From Heteronotia binoei (taxonomy: Eukaryota), in contig NC_083231.1 of the NCBI RefSeq assembly GCF_032191835.1, positions 57,040,001-57,104,000 of the forward strand: a stretch of 64,000 nt of DNA. The letters run 5' to 3'. The translations under genes and the position numbers were made by a program. The notes below the pieces were generated by a model. That model saw only the letters and a program-made list of their open reading frames with translations. It was not told where the DNA came from and did no database searches. Positions 50,764 through 62,152 of the stretch are shown one piece after another (the first letter of the stretch is position 1; each line of letters opens with the position of its first letter).

Positions 50764-52167
50764 CTGGAACAACAGAAACTTTCTTTAACAAACTCAAGCA
50801 CCCAATTCAGGTGAAAACGTGAAATGATACCTGCAGTTCATTAAATGAACAGCTAGTTAAAAGGGGTAACTGATGGCAAATGGTAGCTAATAGATTTTGT
50901 ACCAATTTACACATTTCAGTATTAGATTTTAAACCATCACCCCCACACTACAAAATTCGATTGTTAAGTCCCTCCTGGCAACTGGGAACTTATGAAAAAA
51001 AAGAGAAAGTCCTAGGCCTCATTGGTGCCATTGCACCATAAGTGACCTCATAATGCCAGCAACATCTGGGTGACATTCTGGCATTTGAAGAAAAACTTTA
51101 TGGTAAAACTAGCTTCTATCATAGAGTTTTTGCTGAAATACCAGTGTCACCTGGATGTTGCTGGTATGACACAACTTCCTGTGCAATGCTGGCCATAAGG
51201 CCTTGATCTTCTTTCAAGTCCTTTCACTGGCCAGCTGATCTGAGGCTGGGGCTAAGGCCTGGTGTCAGGAGACTCCACCTCCACTGGGGGAGAGGCTGAA
51301 AACAACAAAACCAACAGAAGGGAAGTTTAACCGGGTCATTTTTCAATATGGGTTGACTGGTTGAAGTTCCCTGAAATTTCATAAAAAGAATAAGAGCAAA
51401 TCCACATTCTGTTTGTTACTGTGCAATGTATGAAACATTGCAATATTCTATCTGTTTTGAAAAATGTGGAGATTAGGAAATACATATTTTATACCTTTGT
51501 ATCAATCAGATTTCAATCTTCTGCTTCTACAATCTTCTAAACTTTGGTTTATACTAGCTTTTCACAAACACAATAAACGAAAACACCAATTTCTTTCAAA
51601 ATGGTTATCCTGCATTTCATACAGGAACATAAAATGGCTATATTCTAAGGATTTATCAGACCAACATGATTTTAATAAACTGAACAAGTGTAGCCTATTA
51701 GGCTTCCTCAAAATTTTCTTATTGTGGTGTGATCCCAGCTTGCTAGCTCTTACAAGTCCTGAACTACGGTAGTTCTGAATATAGGAAATTAACACAATAA
51801 GCCTTATTCATGCATTACGTTTTTAATTTGTGGTTCTACAGTAAAGCCATCACAAATTGGCTATTTGTTACTGCGGTTTGTTTTCAGTCCACATGTTAAA
51901 CATTTGAAGATGGAGTGCATTAGATCATTCAAAAGACTTATCACCATTCCAAATTTCTCAGGAAGAAAAAAGAAATGATGCTGTAGTGGCTTTATCACTC
52001 AAATCACCAAATTACAAAAAATCCTGACTTACAGCCCTTAGGCCATTGCTTTGAGTGCTGCCAATTTATCTTCGGCAGCCTTCCTTGTTAAAATAGAAAT
52101 GCATGTTCATTTCATAGAAAAAAATGACTAGGCACTTTCATCTTCCTAGGTAGACTCTGATTTTTTA

Positions 52168-52200
52168 GATAGACAGACAGACAGACAGATGGACAGACAG
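52168..52200. repeat. (GACA/GATA)n microsatellite; a second tract at ~52490-52532
   Basis: agatagacagacagacagacagatggacagacag. Confidence 0.85.
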
Positions 52201-52723
52201 ATACACGCTGGTTCATAGGAGTAGGCCAGGTAGGCAGCCACCTAAGGTGCCACCTGGTGCCCCCTCCCCCCACATGCCTCCAGCCCCGGCCGCGTTGCCT
52301 GGCCGCTTTCACATTCCCTGGGTCTATGCTTTGGAAGGATAGACCCAGGGAATGTGAAATCAGCTGGGCGGCGCCTTCAAAGTGCCTTCCTCAGAGCTTG
52401 CTTTGAAAGGCCATGTTGCCACGCCCCCCCCCCCCCGAAGTTGGGGCTGGGCCTTGCCTGAGGTGGCAAAAACCCCATGGATGGGGATCAGGTAGATGGA
52501 TGGATAGATAGCTAAGGACAGACAGACAGATAGAAAGAATTGATACCAGGATTCTAACCCATTCATGTTCTAAAACAGAAATATCTGATCTCTATAAGAC
52601 AACATAGACAGAATTTCTTTTCTGCCCTGCATAGAGACAATGTTACATATGAAACAGCACTAGAAAACCATTTAGAATATTGCACTGCAGTTTTCAGAGG
52701 AGAGACAGCGAGATTAGTTTTAC

Positions 52724-52803
52724 CTTAAAACTAGCTGTAGCATCACATCTTCACAATGCAAGCTGATAAGAGTTCTGAACAATGCCAAGGATACCACACA
52801 GAG
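52724..52803 (-). CDS. FHIP1A: FHIP1A internal exon
   Basis: ccccag|CTC ... TTAAG|gtaaaa, 80 bp. Encodes LCVVSLALFRTLISLHCEDVMLQLVL(R) and continues the frame of the 62152 exon. Confidence 0.95.
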
Positions 52804-53492
52804 CTGGGGAATCATAAGCACAATCAGTATGTCATCATTACTTTCTATCTTTTCTGAGGTAAAACGCCATTTGGCATTAAGGCAGCAAAGCAACTGAATT
52901 CTGGTGCTTTTGTAAGAGATTAGCTGTATGTTTTATTTCATCTAAAGAACATCTTCTAAATAATTAGATTACAGTAACCCAAGATAAGCATATGGGCAGC
53001 TGCAAGATATACCTGGCATCTATACACTAAAGTTTAAGAAAGAGAAAGATTTAGTCAAATGTTAATTTTTAAGAGAACTGTAAATGTAAATAAAGCCTTG
53101 GATATTCAAGAATGTATACAAGAATTGTTGGATAATTTATTGTGCTGTGGGAATGTTACCACTGCAACATAGTTTGACATGGCTGAAGACCTCAGAAGGG
53201 AAAAATTAGATCTCTTGACAAATACAGAAATTGTCAGGAGGACTTGTCAGTGAAGATTATCACTTTTATTTTAGTGGTGAAAGTCTTCCTAAAATTGGGG
53301 ATGTACTTCTGAAACTTGCATTTGGGGCAGTAGCAGAAGTGTGAAGGACAGAGTCACACTCCACTGGATCCAAGTCTATGCCTTGAAGCGGAGACAGAAA
53401 TATTTGTGGCACTTAAGAGACCTACCTTACTGTTTTGGAATATTAAATGAAAGCTAAGTAAGTGCTGAATGAAAAGTCATTCTCAATGGTTA

Positions 53493-54022
53493 GGAAAAGG
53501 AAAGGTGCCCTATGCAAGCACCAGTCATTTCCGACTCTGGGGTGATGTTGCTTTCACAACGTTTTTACGGCAGACTTTTTTAGGGGGTGGTTTGCCACTG
53601 CCTTCCCTAGTCATCTACACTTTCCCCCCAGCAAGCCTCTACCGACCTCAGAAGGATGGAACGCTGAGTCAACCTTGAGCTGGCTACCTGAAAACCTAGC
53701 TTCCACTGGGGACCGAACTCAGGTCGGGAGCAGAGGTTATGGACATATGAAGCTGCCTTACACTGAATCAGACCCTTGGTCCATCAAAGTCAGTATTGTC
53801 TACTCAGACTGGTAGCGGCTCTCCAGGGTCTCAAGCTGAGGTTTTTCACACCTATTTGCCTGGACCCTTTTTTGGAGATGCCAGGGATTGAACCTTGGAC
53901 CTTCTGCTTACCAAGCGGATGCTCTACCACTGAGCCACCGTCCCTCCCTATAGGACTAGGACTAACCATAGGTTAGGACTGCAGTACTACAGCTTTTACA
54001 CTCTGCGCCACGGGGCTCTTTC
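53493..54022 (-). mobile_element. Sauria SINE, split by a second SINE
   Basis: Reverse-complement homologue of the 14359 copy, with a 12-bp TSD tctcaatggtta at 53481-53492 and 54023-54034. Confidence 0.85.
53740..53969 (-). mobile_element. tRNA-derived SINE (Squam3-like) nested in the Sauria SINE
   Basis: Head gggagggacggtggctcagtggtagagc...ggttcaatccctggc on the - strand, tail gcagcttcatatgt, and aggtta duplicated at 53734-53739 and 53970-53975. Confidence 0.8.
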
Positions 54023-54560
54023 TCTCAATGGTTAACAGGATGCTAAATGGGCTTTTGTGAAGGCTGATCTTCAGTGGACTTCTTTAGTCTATGGACTTTC
54101 AGTTCTTGCTCTGCTTCCATCATCAGCTGAAGAGACTCAACATCATGAATATGTTTGAAGACTGGAAAGTGATTTAACACCATTTGAAGTGGGGGGTTTT
54201 CCTGCTTCCATACTGCATTGTGGTGCTTTCATACACCTTCCAGGATTTATCCAGCTTTTCTCTGACCTTTCCCAAACTTGCTTTGCTGTGAACTTTCAGC
54301 AAAGCCTGGATAACAGACATGTAGATGGGAAGAATTGGATTTTTCCAGTACTGCCCACATGGCAGCGATTCCCTGCCCCATAGTGGCCATGTCTTCTCCC
54401 CATTAGTGGGTTTCTTTTTAAAAAATCAGCAATTCAGTGTTTTTTTGGGGGGGAGGGGAGTGCCAGTACTCACAGATATCAGTTGTGCTGATTTCCACCA
54501 ATTTTTCCCTCCCTCTGCAGATTCCCACTAGGCTTTTCCTGAGGGTCCACTTTCACTCTT

Positions 54561-55618
54561 GTTCAGCATTGAGTATCTGTATATAGATACACTTCCTCCT
54601 TGAAATGATTTTTTTCCATGGGCCCAAGATGTCAGTCATAACACACAAATTTGATGCACAAACTGATCACTTAGGAGAGCCCCACTTCCCGAAGCTGTTG
54701 GTACTCAGTACCAGTGAGTGTTGTCACAAAAAAGCTCTGGACAATGTTTGCTGTATTCCCAGCTTTTATTCTTACAAAAGTTAGTCTCTTCCCCTTTCAC
54801 TGCAGAGTTACAAGGGGAAAGGCATATCTCCATAACAAAACAGGATCAAGACTTACTCTTGTCCAATAGTGAAAGCTGGGAATTAGATAACCTGATGCAA
54901 AGATTGCAACATCATTGTAACAATATTCAATTACATTTTAAAAGAAAATTTGGGAAAACTCTGGAGGCATGGAGATAGGGGAGAAAATGGCTGCTATCAG
55001 GTGAATGGTCAGGCAAACTACAGGGAAATTTACCACCTGGAAGCATTGTTGCCACGGCATTGTAATGGATGTGGTGGCAACAGTGGGGAAACTGCATGAA
55101 AAACACTTAAGGAGTCTGCTTATTTAAATGGCATATGAGAGATGAAATCTTAAGTTGTTTATAGAACAAAAAGAAAGATATTTCATATTCAAGAAGAGTA
55201 AAAGTGCTTTTACATTTAATCCATCAATTACTGGGGGGAAAACCCCACAACACTAATAATCATGGGGCTTTGTGCTGAAGAAAAGTTATGGAAGTGGCAG
55301 CTCTGCTTTCACTTGGCTAAGTTCCACAGCAGAAAAATAATTCAGCAGCATATCTGCATTTTGGCTGAGCTCCTGGTTGCTCATAGCTAGAGAGTTCTTG
55401 ATATCATCACCCACGCTGTCTGTGGAACAGATAATTATGGTTCAGCAGAGACAGCAACATTAGTTGTTAGTTACTGAAGCTGCTTGGGAGTTTTTAGAGT
55501 TAATGGTTCAGCAGTGAGTATCTGTATATGGATACATTTCCTCCTTGAAATGGGGTTTTTCCTTGGGCCCAAAGATGTCAGCCATAACACACAAATTTGA
55601 TGCACAAACTGATCACTT
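54561..55618. repeat. ~112-bp direct duplication (54561-54672 and 55506-55618)
   Basis: gttcagca.tgagtatctgtatat.gatac...ataacacacaaatttgatgcacaaactgatcactt occurs twice, with roughly a dozen differences. Confidence 0.85.
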
Positions 55619-57037
55619 GGGCTTACCTGCATTGCTAGCCATATGCCACTCTGCATTTTATATGCAAGAGTGTCTCTCATATGCATCCTTTAATGGAGAA
55701 TATGTATCAGCCAAAACAGGGGGACGTGGGTGTCCAAAGAGCAGCCTACTGAATGCAGAGCAGGTGTTTTCACTTTCTACTCAAGGGATTAACCTGCTTG
55801 CAAACAGCAGCCTGCTATTAACTATCCCTGTGTCTTAATTAATAACATGCCACAATTATGTTCAGAAGAGGCTCTTGGCAGCCCCTTCAATAATGGGGAA
55901 CCATCTAATGCTGCAAAGACGAAGGAGCTGATCAAGCCGGTAGTGTAGATATTGTGCATTATTACTCCATGCACATCAAGCAACATTATCAAAGCACTGT
56001 TTTGTTATTGTGGACAGGACCACTTCATTCTTTATCTCTAACTTAACAGAGAAAAGATGAAATCAATAGTGACCTTTTTGGAAGGGAAAAATGTCTTGAA
56101 AGTTTTGCATGGTTAATTTCAAACTGTCCAGAATATGTTGCCAAGAATATTTTTAAAACCTCTCTAGATAAATGTTGATTATCTTGCATTTACATAGACA
56201 CCCCACCCCCCAAAAAGACCACTGGCACTGCAGTTAAAGTTCAGTTTTATGCTACTTGCTGCTGCACTACAGTTCAGTTTTATGCTGCTTGCAAGATTAC
56301 TGATACTTTGATATGTTGTTCTTCACATCAATGATTTTTACATGTTTACATGTTATTGTATTCCTATGGGATTCTTTTTCAAGTTTTAGCTTTAGTGCCC
56401 GGTGTACATCAAGCAGCAGTTCATCATTAAGGACAAAACTGAATATCAAAAGAGGCCTCACAAAGAGATGCTATTAGTTGAGCACCTGATATGAAATACT
56501 AGCACCACTTCTTTCCAGCAGTGTCATTAAGACGTCTACATTCTGAGAATACTCAGATTTGTTTTAGTTAATTTGTTTGTTACAGTAGTAGAATATGCTA
56601 ACATGATTGGAGGGCATATACCAAGATATTTCTGAAGAACAAGAAAGACAGGTTGCTTACCTGTAACTGTAGATCTTCGAGTGGTCATCTGTGCATTCAC
56701 ACTCATGGGATAGTGTGCCTGCGCCGATTTCCAAATCGGTACCTAAAAAGCCCAGGATTTTTCTGCGCTCGACGCCAATGGGCATGCGCAGGCGTCCCAT
56801 TGCGCATGCTCACCGGCGCCAGCCCGGGGATCCCGCCAGTTCCTTCCTGACCGCTGGAAACCCCTACTGGAGGGAATCATCAGCTGTGGGGAAGGAGGGC
56901 GGGTAGTGTGAATGCACAGATGACCACTCGAAGATCTACAGTTACAGGTAAACAACCTGTCTTTCTTCTTCATGGTCTCTGTGCTTCATACTCATGGGAG
57001 ATTAGCAAGCAAGACATACCTGGAGGCAGGAAGATGG

Positions 57038-57913
57038 TCAAACAGAAGAAACAGCTGGCAGCACCGCAGTTCCCAAACGAGTCCTCTGTTGAGCATGCAC
57101 ATCCAGCGTGTAGTGCTTCATAAAGGCATGCGGAGAGGACCAGGTGGCAGCCTTGCAAACATCTGTCAGGGACACGCCTTTCAGGAACGCCACCAACGTC
57201 GCCATCGCCCTTGTAGAGTGGCCGCGAATAGGCCCAGATAACGGCTTCTTAGCCAACGAATAACACAATTTAATAGTCTCAGTGAGCCACTTTTACAGTC
57301 TCTGAGACGAAATCCTGGAACCTAACTTAGGGGCAGCATATGAAATAAAAAGCTGCTTGTCCTTGTGAAAGCTTTTGCAACGACTTAAATAAAACAATAA
57401 AGCACACTTTACATCTAAAGCATGCAACCTACGTTCCTCATCCGAGGAAGGTGTAGGGTGAAAAGTGGGCAACCAAACTTCTAAGTTGAGGTGGAACAGA
57501 GAAACCACCTTTGGGAGAAAAGAAATATCAGGAGCTAACAAAACTCCAGCTTCCTGAAAAACAAGATACGGGTAGTCACAGCGCATCACTGTGAGCTCTC
57601 CAGCACGACGTGCTGATGTGATGGCTACCAAAAACGCAGTCTTCCATGAAAGGAGCTGTAACGAACACGTGGCCATCAGCTCAAAGGGACAATGAGTCAG
57701 TCTGTCCAGCACCAGAGTCAAATTCCACAACTGTGGGGGCGATCTAGATGGGGGATGAAGCCTAAGCAGACCCTTCGAAAACCTCCTAGAATGAGGGTGT
57801 GCAAAAACAGAATGTCCCTCCACTGGTTCATGGAACGCAGATATTGCTGCCAGATAAACCTTAATGGAGGAAAAAAACAAGGCCAGCATCCACCAGGGAT
57901 AGCAAAAACTCAA
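57038..57913 (-). pseudogene. DIRS tyrosine recombinase, interrupted
   Basis: SIKVYLAAISA, AITSARRAGEL and LDVK (ORF 57293-57913), then HSTR, ATWSS and MKHY (ORF 57038-57268). Clearly homologous to the YR at 15-893. Confidence 0.88.
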
Positions 57914-58025
57914 AAATTACCAACAATCCCACCCTCTGGGGAGGAACTGAAGGCTCAACTAGGAACTGAAGGAACTTCCGCCACTTCCTATCGTAGGAAG
58001 CGCGGGTGGAAAAGTTTCCTGCTAT

Positions 58026-58927
58026 TCAGGAAGACGTGCTGGACTCTACTAGAGAAACCACAGGGTCAATGAGCCATGCTGTCAGCTTCAGGTGGGGCAC
58101 GTTGTGATGGAGGACACGACCTCCCTGAGCTGACAGAAGGTCCGGTTCCACTGGAAACTGGTAGAAGACCCCCCCCCTCGCCAACTGGAGCAGGATCAGG
58201 AACCAGTTCTGGCGAGGCCACCAGGGAGTCACCAGGATGCAGCATGGTCTCTCTCTTGCGATTTTGTTGACCACCGTCAACAACGGCAGAGGCGGAAACA
58301 GATAGAGGAACTGACCTTCCCACGGAAACAGCAGACCGTCTCCCAACGACTCTGGATCCGCACCCCCTCTGGAACAAAACAGAGGACACTTCCTGTTCTC
58401 GGCTGTGGCAAAGACATCCACCTGAGGATACCCCCAAAGCTGGAAAACAGGTTGGAAGAAGCGCCACTGCAGTTCCCACTCGTGCAGGGAAGCCGCGCCC
58501 CTGCTGAGAGAGTCTGCCTGGAAGTTGAGGACCCCAGGGAAATGTGCAGCCTTCACGAAGATGTTGTAGTCCAGGCACTCCAATCACAGATCCAGAGCCA
58601 GGGCACAGAGCCATCAAGAGACTGTCCCCCCCGCCTGTTGATGTAGCACAGGGCAGTGGTATTGTCCGTTAGCAACGCAACAACCTTCCCTGCCACCAGG
58701 GGACGGAAGGAGCGGAGCGCAAAATGAACTGCCAGCAGTTCTAAATAATTTATGTGGCAGTGAGTCAATTTCAGAGGCCAAGGGCCCCCCACACACAGAT
58801 CGTCTGTGAGGGGCCCCCAACCCCACAATGATGCATCTGTTGTGATAGTCACAGAGGGTGCAGGGAGATGAAATGGAGCTCCCTGGCAAATGCGCCTCTC
58901 AGGTGGGAGATTGCTGCCAAAGGGCAA
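58026..58927 (-). pseudogene. DIRS RNase H and MT domains
   Basis: ITTDASLWGWG and HINYLELLAV (RNase H, ORF 58553-58927). GVLNFQADSLSR, EWEL, VDVFAT, YLFPP and VTPWWPRQNWF (MT, ORF 58026-58583). Confidence 0.85.
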
Positions 58928-59115
58928 GGTCTGGAGTGATGAGAGAGTCTCGACATCTGGGATGCCTCAGATTGTCGGTCCCACTCTGCATAGTCCCGTG
59001 GGGGGGGGTACCATTGGTACGGTGGATAGGAGTACGAATTCGGCGAAGGCCAATGACGCTGATCCCAAGGTGGTGGTGGGAAGCAACCAAGTGCTGACGA
59101 TGGTTCCACTTCTCT

Positions 59116-59823
59116 TCAACCTTTTGCCTGGTCCATCGGCTCCGCCAATTGTATCAGTGCCGACACCTCGACTTCTGAGACCGAGTCACTCTCACTACAC
59201 CGCCTTGATCCGGAGGAATGGGATTGCTGGGTGAGATCGATCTCTTGCTCCGATGCCGAGAGACGGAGTTGCTGTGAAGCGCTGCCTCTCAACACCAAAG
59301 GGCTGAGATGAGGGGACGCCAGGATTTTTCTCGGTGGAGCCGTCGATGCCGAAGCATCTCGAGAGGGCGAAGGAGTGAGGGACGACCTCTTCTTCCGCTT
59401 CTCCTTAGACTTCGCCTTCTTCGGCGTGGATGATTGTATCCCCGACTCATCCCGACGCCTCTTCGCTGGGGTGTCCACCGACCCTTCAGAGTGACGCTTT
59501 GTGGATCGCCCGCGTTCAATGGGCATCTTGGTCCTGATCGGCGATGTATCAGCCGATGCGACGGTAGGGGCCGTGGACTCTCCTATCGGTACCGACGGGA
59601 CGGATGCCATCTTCTGCAGCCAAAGTGCTGATTCGACCAATGCAGCCGAAAGTCTCGCTGCTCGATTCTTGCGCGTCTGCTTGGAGAAGCTTAAGCAATG
59701 CGCACAAGAGTCTACACGGTGCCCTTCGCCCAGGCAAAGGAGACAAAGGGAGTGGCTGTCAGGGGGGGCAATCTTCTTCCCACAAGATCGGCACCTCTTG
59801 AAAAACCCCTAGCACCTTTCCAT
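59116..59823 (-). pseudogene. DIRS gag N-terminal part with Cys/His zinc-finger-like motif
   Basis: ATG at 59823, TAG at codon 5, then FKRCRSCGKK...HSLCLLCLGEGHRVDSCAHC, in frame with the Ser/Pro/Lys-rich ORF 59116-59640. Confidence 0.75.
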
Positions 59824-61984
59824 AAACGCAAGGAAAAAACTCACTCAGGAAAGTTTCTGAGGGGAAAAAACAGGGAGGAAAAGCGAAGCCCCGAAGGGCA
59901 AGTCCAACAACAACAACACTTTTTTTTTTACTAACTAACTAACTACTAACTACACTAAGAAAAATAACGGTCTATATACAACAAGAGATAAAGGCAATCC
60001 AATGACTACCTTACCGACTGGTGACACACAAAAGGGAATCCTCTCAGCGCGGCGGTCAGAAAGGAACTGGTGGGATCCCCGCTCTGGCGCCGGTGAGCAT
60101 GCGCAATGGGACGCCTGCGCATGCCCATTGGCACCGAGCACGGAAACATCCCAGGCTTTTTAGGTACCGATTCGGGGATCGGCGCAGGCACACTATCCCA
60201 TGAGTGTGAAGCACAGAGACCACGAAGAAGATCTGTAGCAACATGTAACAAGACAGATGCATATCCAAAACAAATGAAAGATCACTCCCAAAACAGAATT
60301 TACTTCAAGAAAATCTGAAGAAAAACCTCCAGAATTTGTCATTCAAGCTTCTGATGGAACATTGGTTTCTAGGTCTCCAGAAATGAATATGACAAAAATT
60401 GATAAGAGTCCCTCATTATGATTTGGATGCCCAGCTGACCTTAAGCACATCACTCTCATCCTTTTTTTCCTACTAGGAATAAGGCCCATAGTGAGGAAAA
60501 ATACAACAGGCTCTAGAAAGAGGCTCTGGGCAAGTGCCCCCCCATCTTCCCACCCCCCCCCCCCAAGGTGGCCATTTTCTGTAGGGGAACTGATCTGACT
60601 TCAGCTTTCCATATCCTTCTGCTTCCCTGTAAAGTACAGTCTTTCTCCACAGTGGGGACCAAAACAGTTTACATCATTCTCCTCTCTCCCTTTTTGATCT
60701 GCACAACAACCCTGTGAGGTAGGTTAGGTTGAAAGTCTGTAACTGATCTGAAATCACAGTGTGGACCAAATCAGGAGAGAAGCAACTTCAGCAGGGTATG
60801 ACACAAAAATCACCCTGCAAAGCAGCCATTTTCTCCAGGGGAGCTGATCTCTGCCGTCTGGAGAACGGTTGTAATTCTGAGTGATCTCCAGCCCTCACCT
60901 GGAGATTGGCAACAATGGTTTCCTGGGAGGAAATGGTTCGTTGGTTGGTTGCTGCTGAACAGTAGCAAGCAACCAGGCCTAGGGTAGCCAACCTCCAGGT
61001 GGAGCATGAAGATCTTTTGGTAGCATAGCTGAGCTCCAGATAACAGATCTCACTCCCCCTGGAGAAACAATTGCTTTGGAGGGTCAACTCTATGGCATTA
61101 TATTCAGCTAAGGCCGCTCCCTTCCCCAGACTCTGGCATCCATAGACTCCACCACAAAATCTCCAGGAATTTCCCACCAAGCTGGAACTGGCAGCCCTAG
61201 TCAAGACTTGGACTAATAAATTTTCCCTCAAAGGACAAAATAGGCGCAGAAAGGGCTTCCTTCCCCCAACTTTTTGCTGACAGAACCAAGCTTTGTTGAT
61301 TTTTACTAAGAGAACCAAGGTTGGTTGCCTAGCAATAGCCACTGCCTAGCAGTTCCCCAGTGGCCCAATTCTTGTCTGTCCTATGGCCAGCAGTGGGCAC
61401 GGGTTGAAGTAAAGTCAGCCAACACCACGCAAGTGCACTTGAGTGATGTTTGACAAGCCAATGGTTGATGCAGCACACACCACAGCCAATGAGAGAGCTA
61501 GACAAGACAAATTTAAGTAATCTCTCAAGATTGCTAGAAGGACAAAACAAGGAAGAGATTAAACACAGAGGATGGCTTCCGAGAAGTACTCCATTACAAG
61601 GGTGATTAAGTTGGAAACTGGAGCACACATTGTTTAAAAACAGGAATGCAAAGGTTCTTGGCATGGCAAAAAGTATGTGTACGTGCTGCAATCCAAGTAT
61701 GAGACAGCCAGGATGGAGCATGTAGGTCAACATTCATTAAGGCTTACTACAGCATATGAGTATAACAGTTGGTGTGGACTACTAAATTTCTTTGAATAGG
61801 TCTTCAAATTATCAGATGCCATTCAAAACTTAATAATTTTCCGGAAAAATTATTTGGTATCTGTAAGTAAAAACACTTTGTATTTTTTCCATCAGAAATG
61901 CAGAATCATTTAGATCAATATTAAAAATGGGGGGAAAGACACACTTGTCTGAAACAACTCTACACAGCATTATTTGCATCTCAC

Positions 61985-62152
61985 CCGAAATGGAGTGTTT
62001 ATGCGGCTTGTGAGGGTGTCCAGAATCTGGACATTCTCATGACGGTGGAGCAGGATGAAATGGAGAAAGATCTGGAGTAATGCTGGTTCTGAAACACTCC
62101 TCAAGAAGAGATCCAAGTATGCAGTTGTAGTCATGACCTCCTCCACAGTCAC
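61985..62152 (-). CDS. FHIP1A: FHIP1A (FAM160A1) internal exon
   Basis: tttttctag|GTG ... CGG|gtgaga, 168 bp. Encodes VTVEEVMTTTAYLDLFLRSVSEPALLQIFLHFILLHRHENVQILDTLTSRINTPFR, nearly identical to vertebrate FHIP1A as recalled. Confidence 0.95.

Larger units (their letters stand above)
56641..60231 (-). mobile_element. DIRS1-type retrotransposon with both termini, internally deleted (no RT), in a FHIP1A intron and sense to the gene
   Basis: Left ITR (~60045-60227) and right ITR (~56645-56860) are inverted and have non-identical outer ends. ICR at 56905-57000. The same 4-mer (aaga on +) occurs at 56641-56644 and 60228-60231. Terminal sequences are related to the element at 1-1286. Confidence 0.92.

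Noticed and set aside
53860-53948. Possible tRNA gene (also 14365-14440 and 44827-44895)
   Set aside because: A and B boxes are present, but each continues into a SINE body with a tail or TSD and no acceptor stem is evident.
55290-55425. Exon-like - strand frame TDSVGDDIKNSLAMSNQELSQNADMLL... after a ttccacag acceptor-like site
   Set aside because: No convincing donor, and the flanking FHIP1A exons (61985 and 52803) already join colinearly with the known protein.
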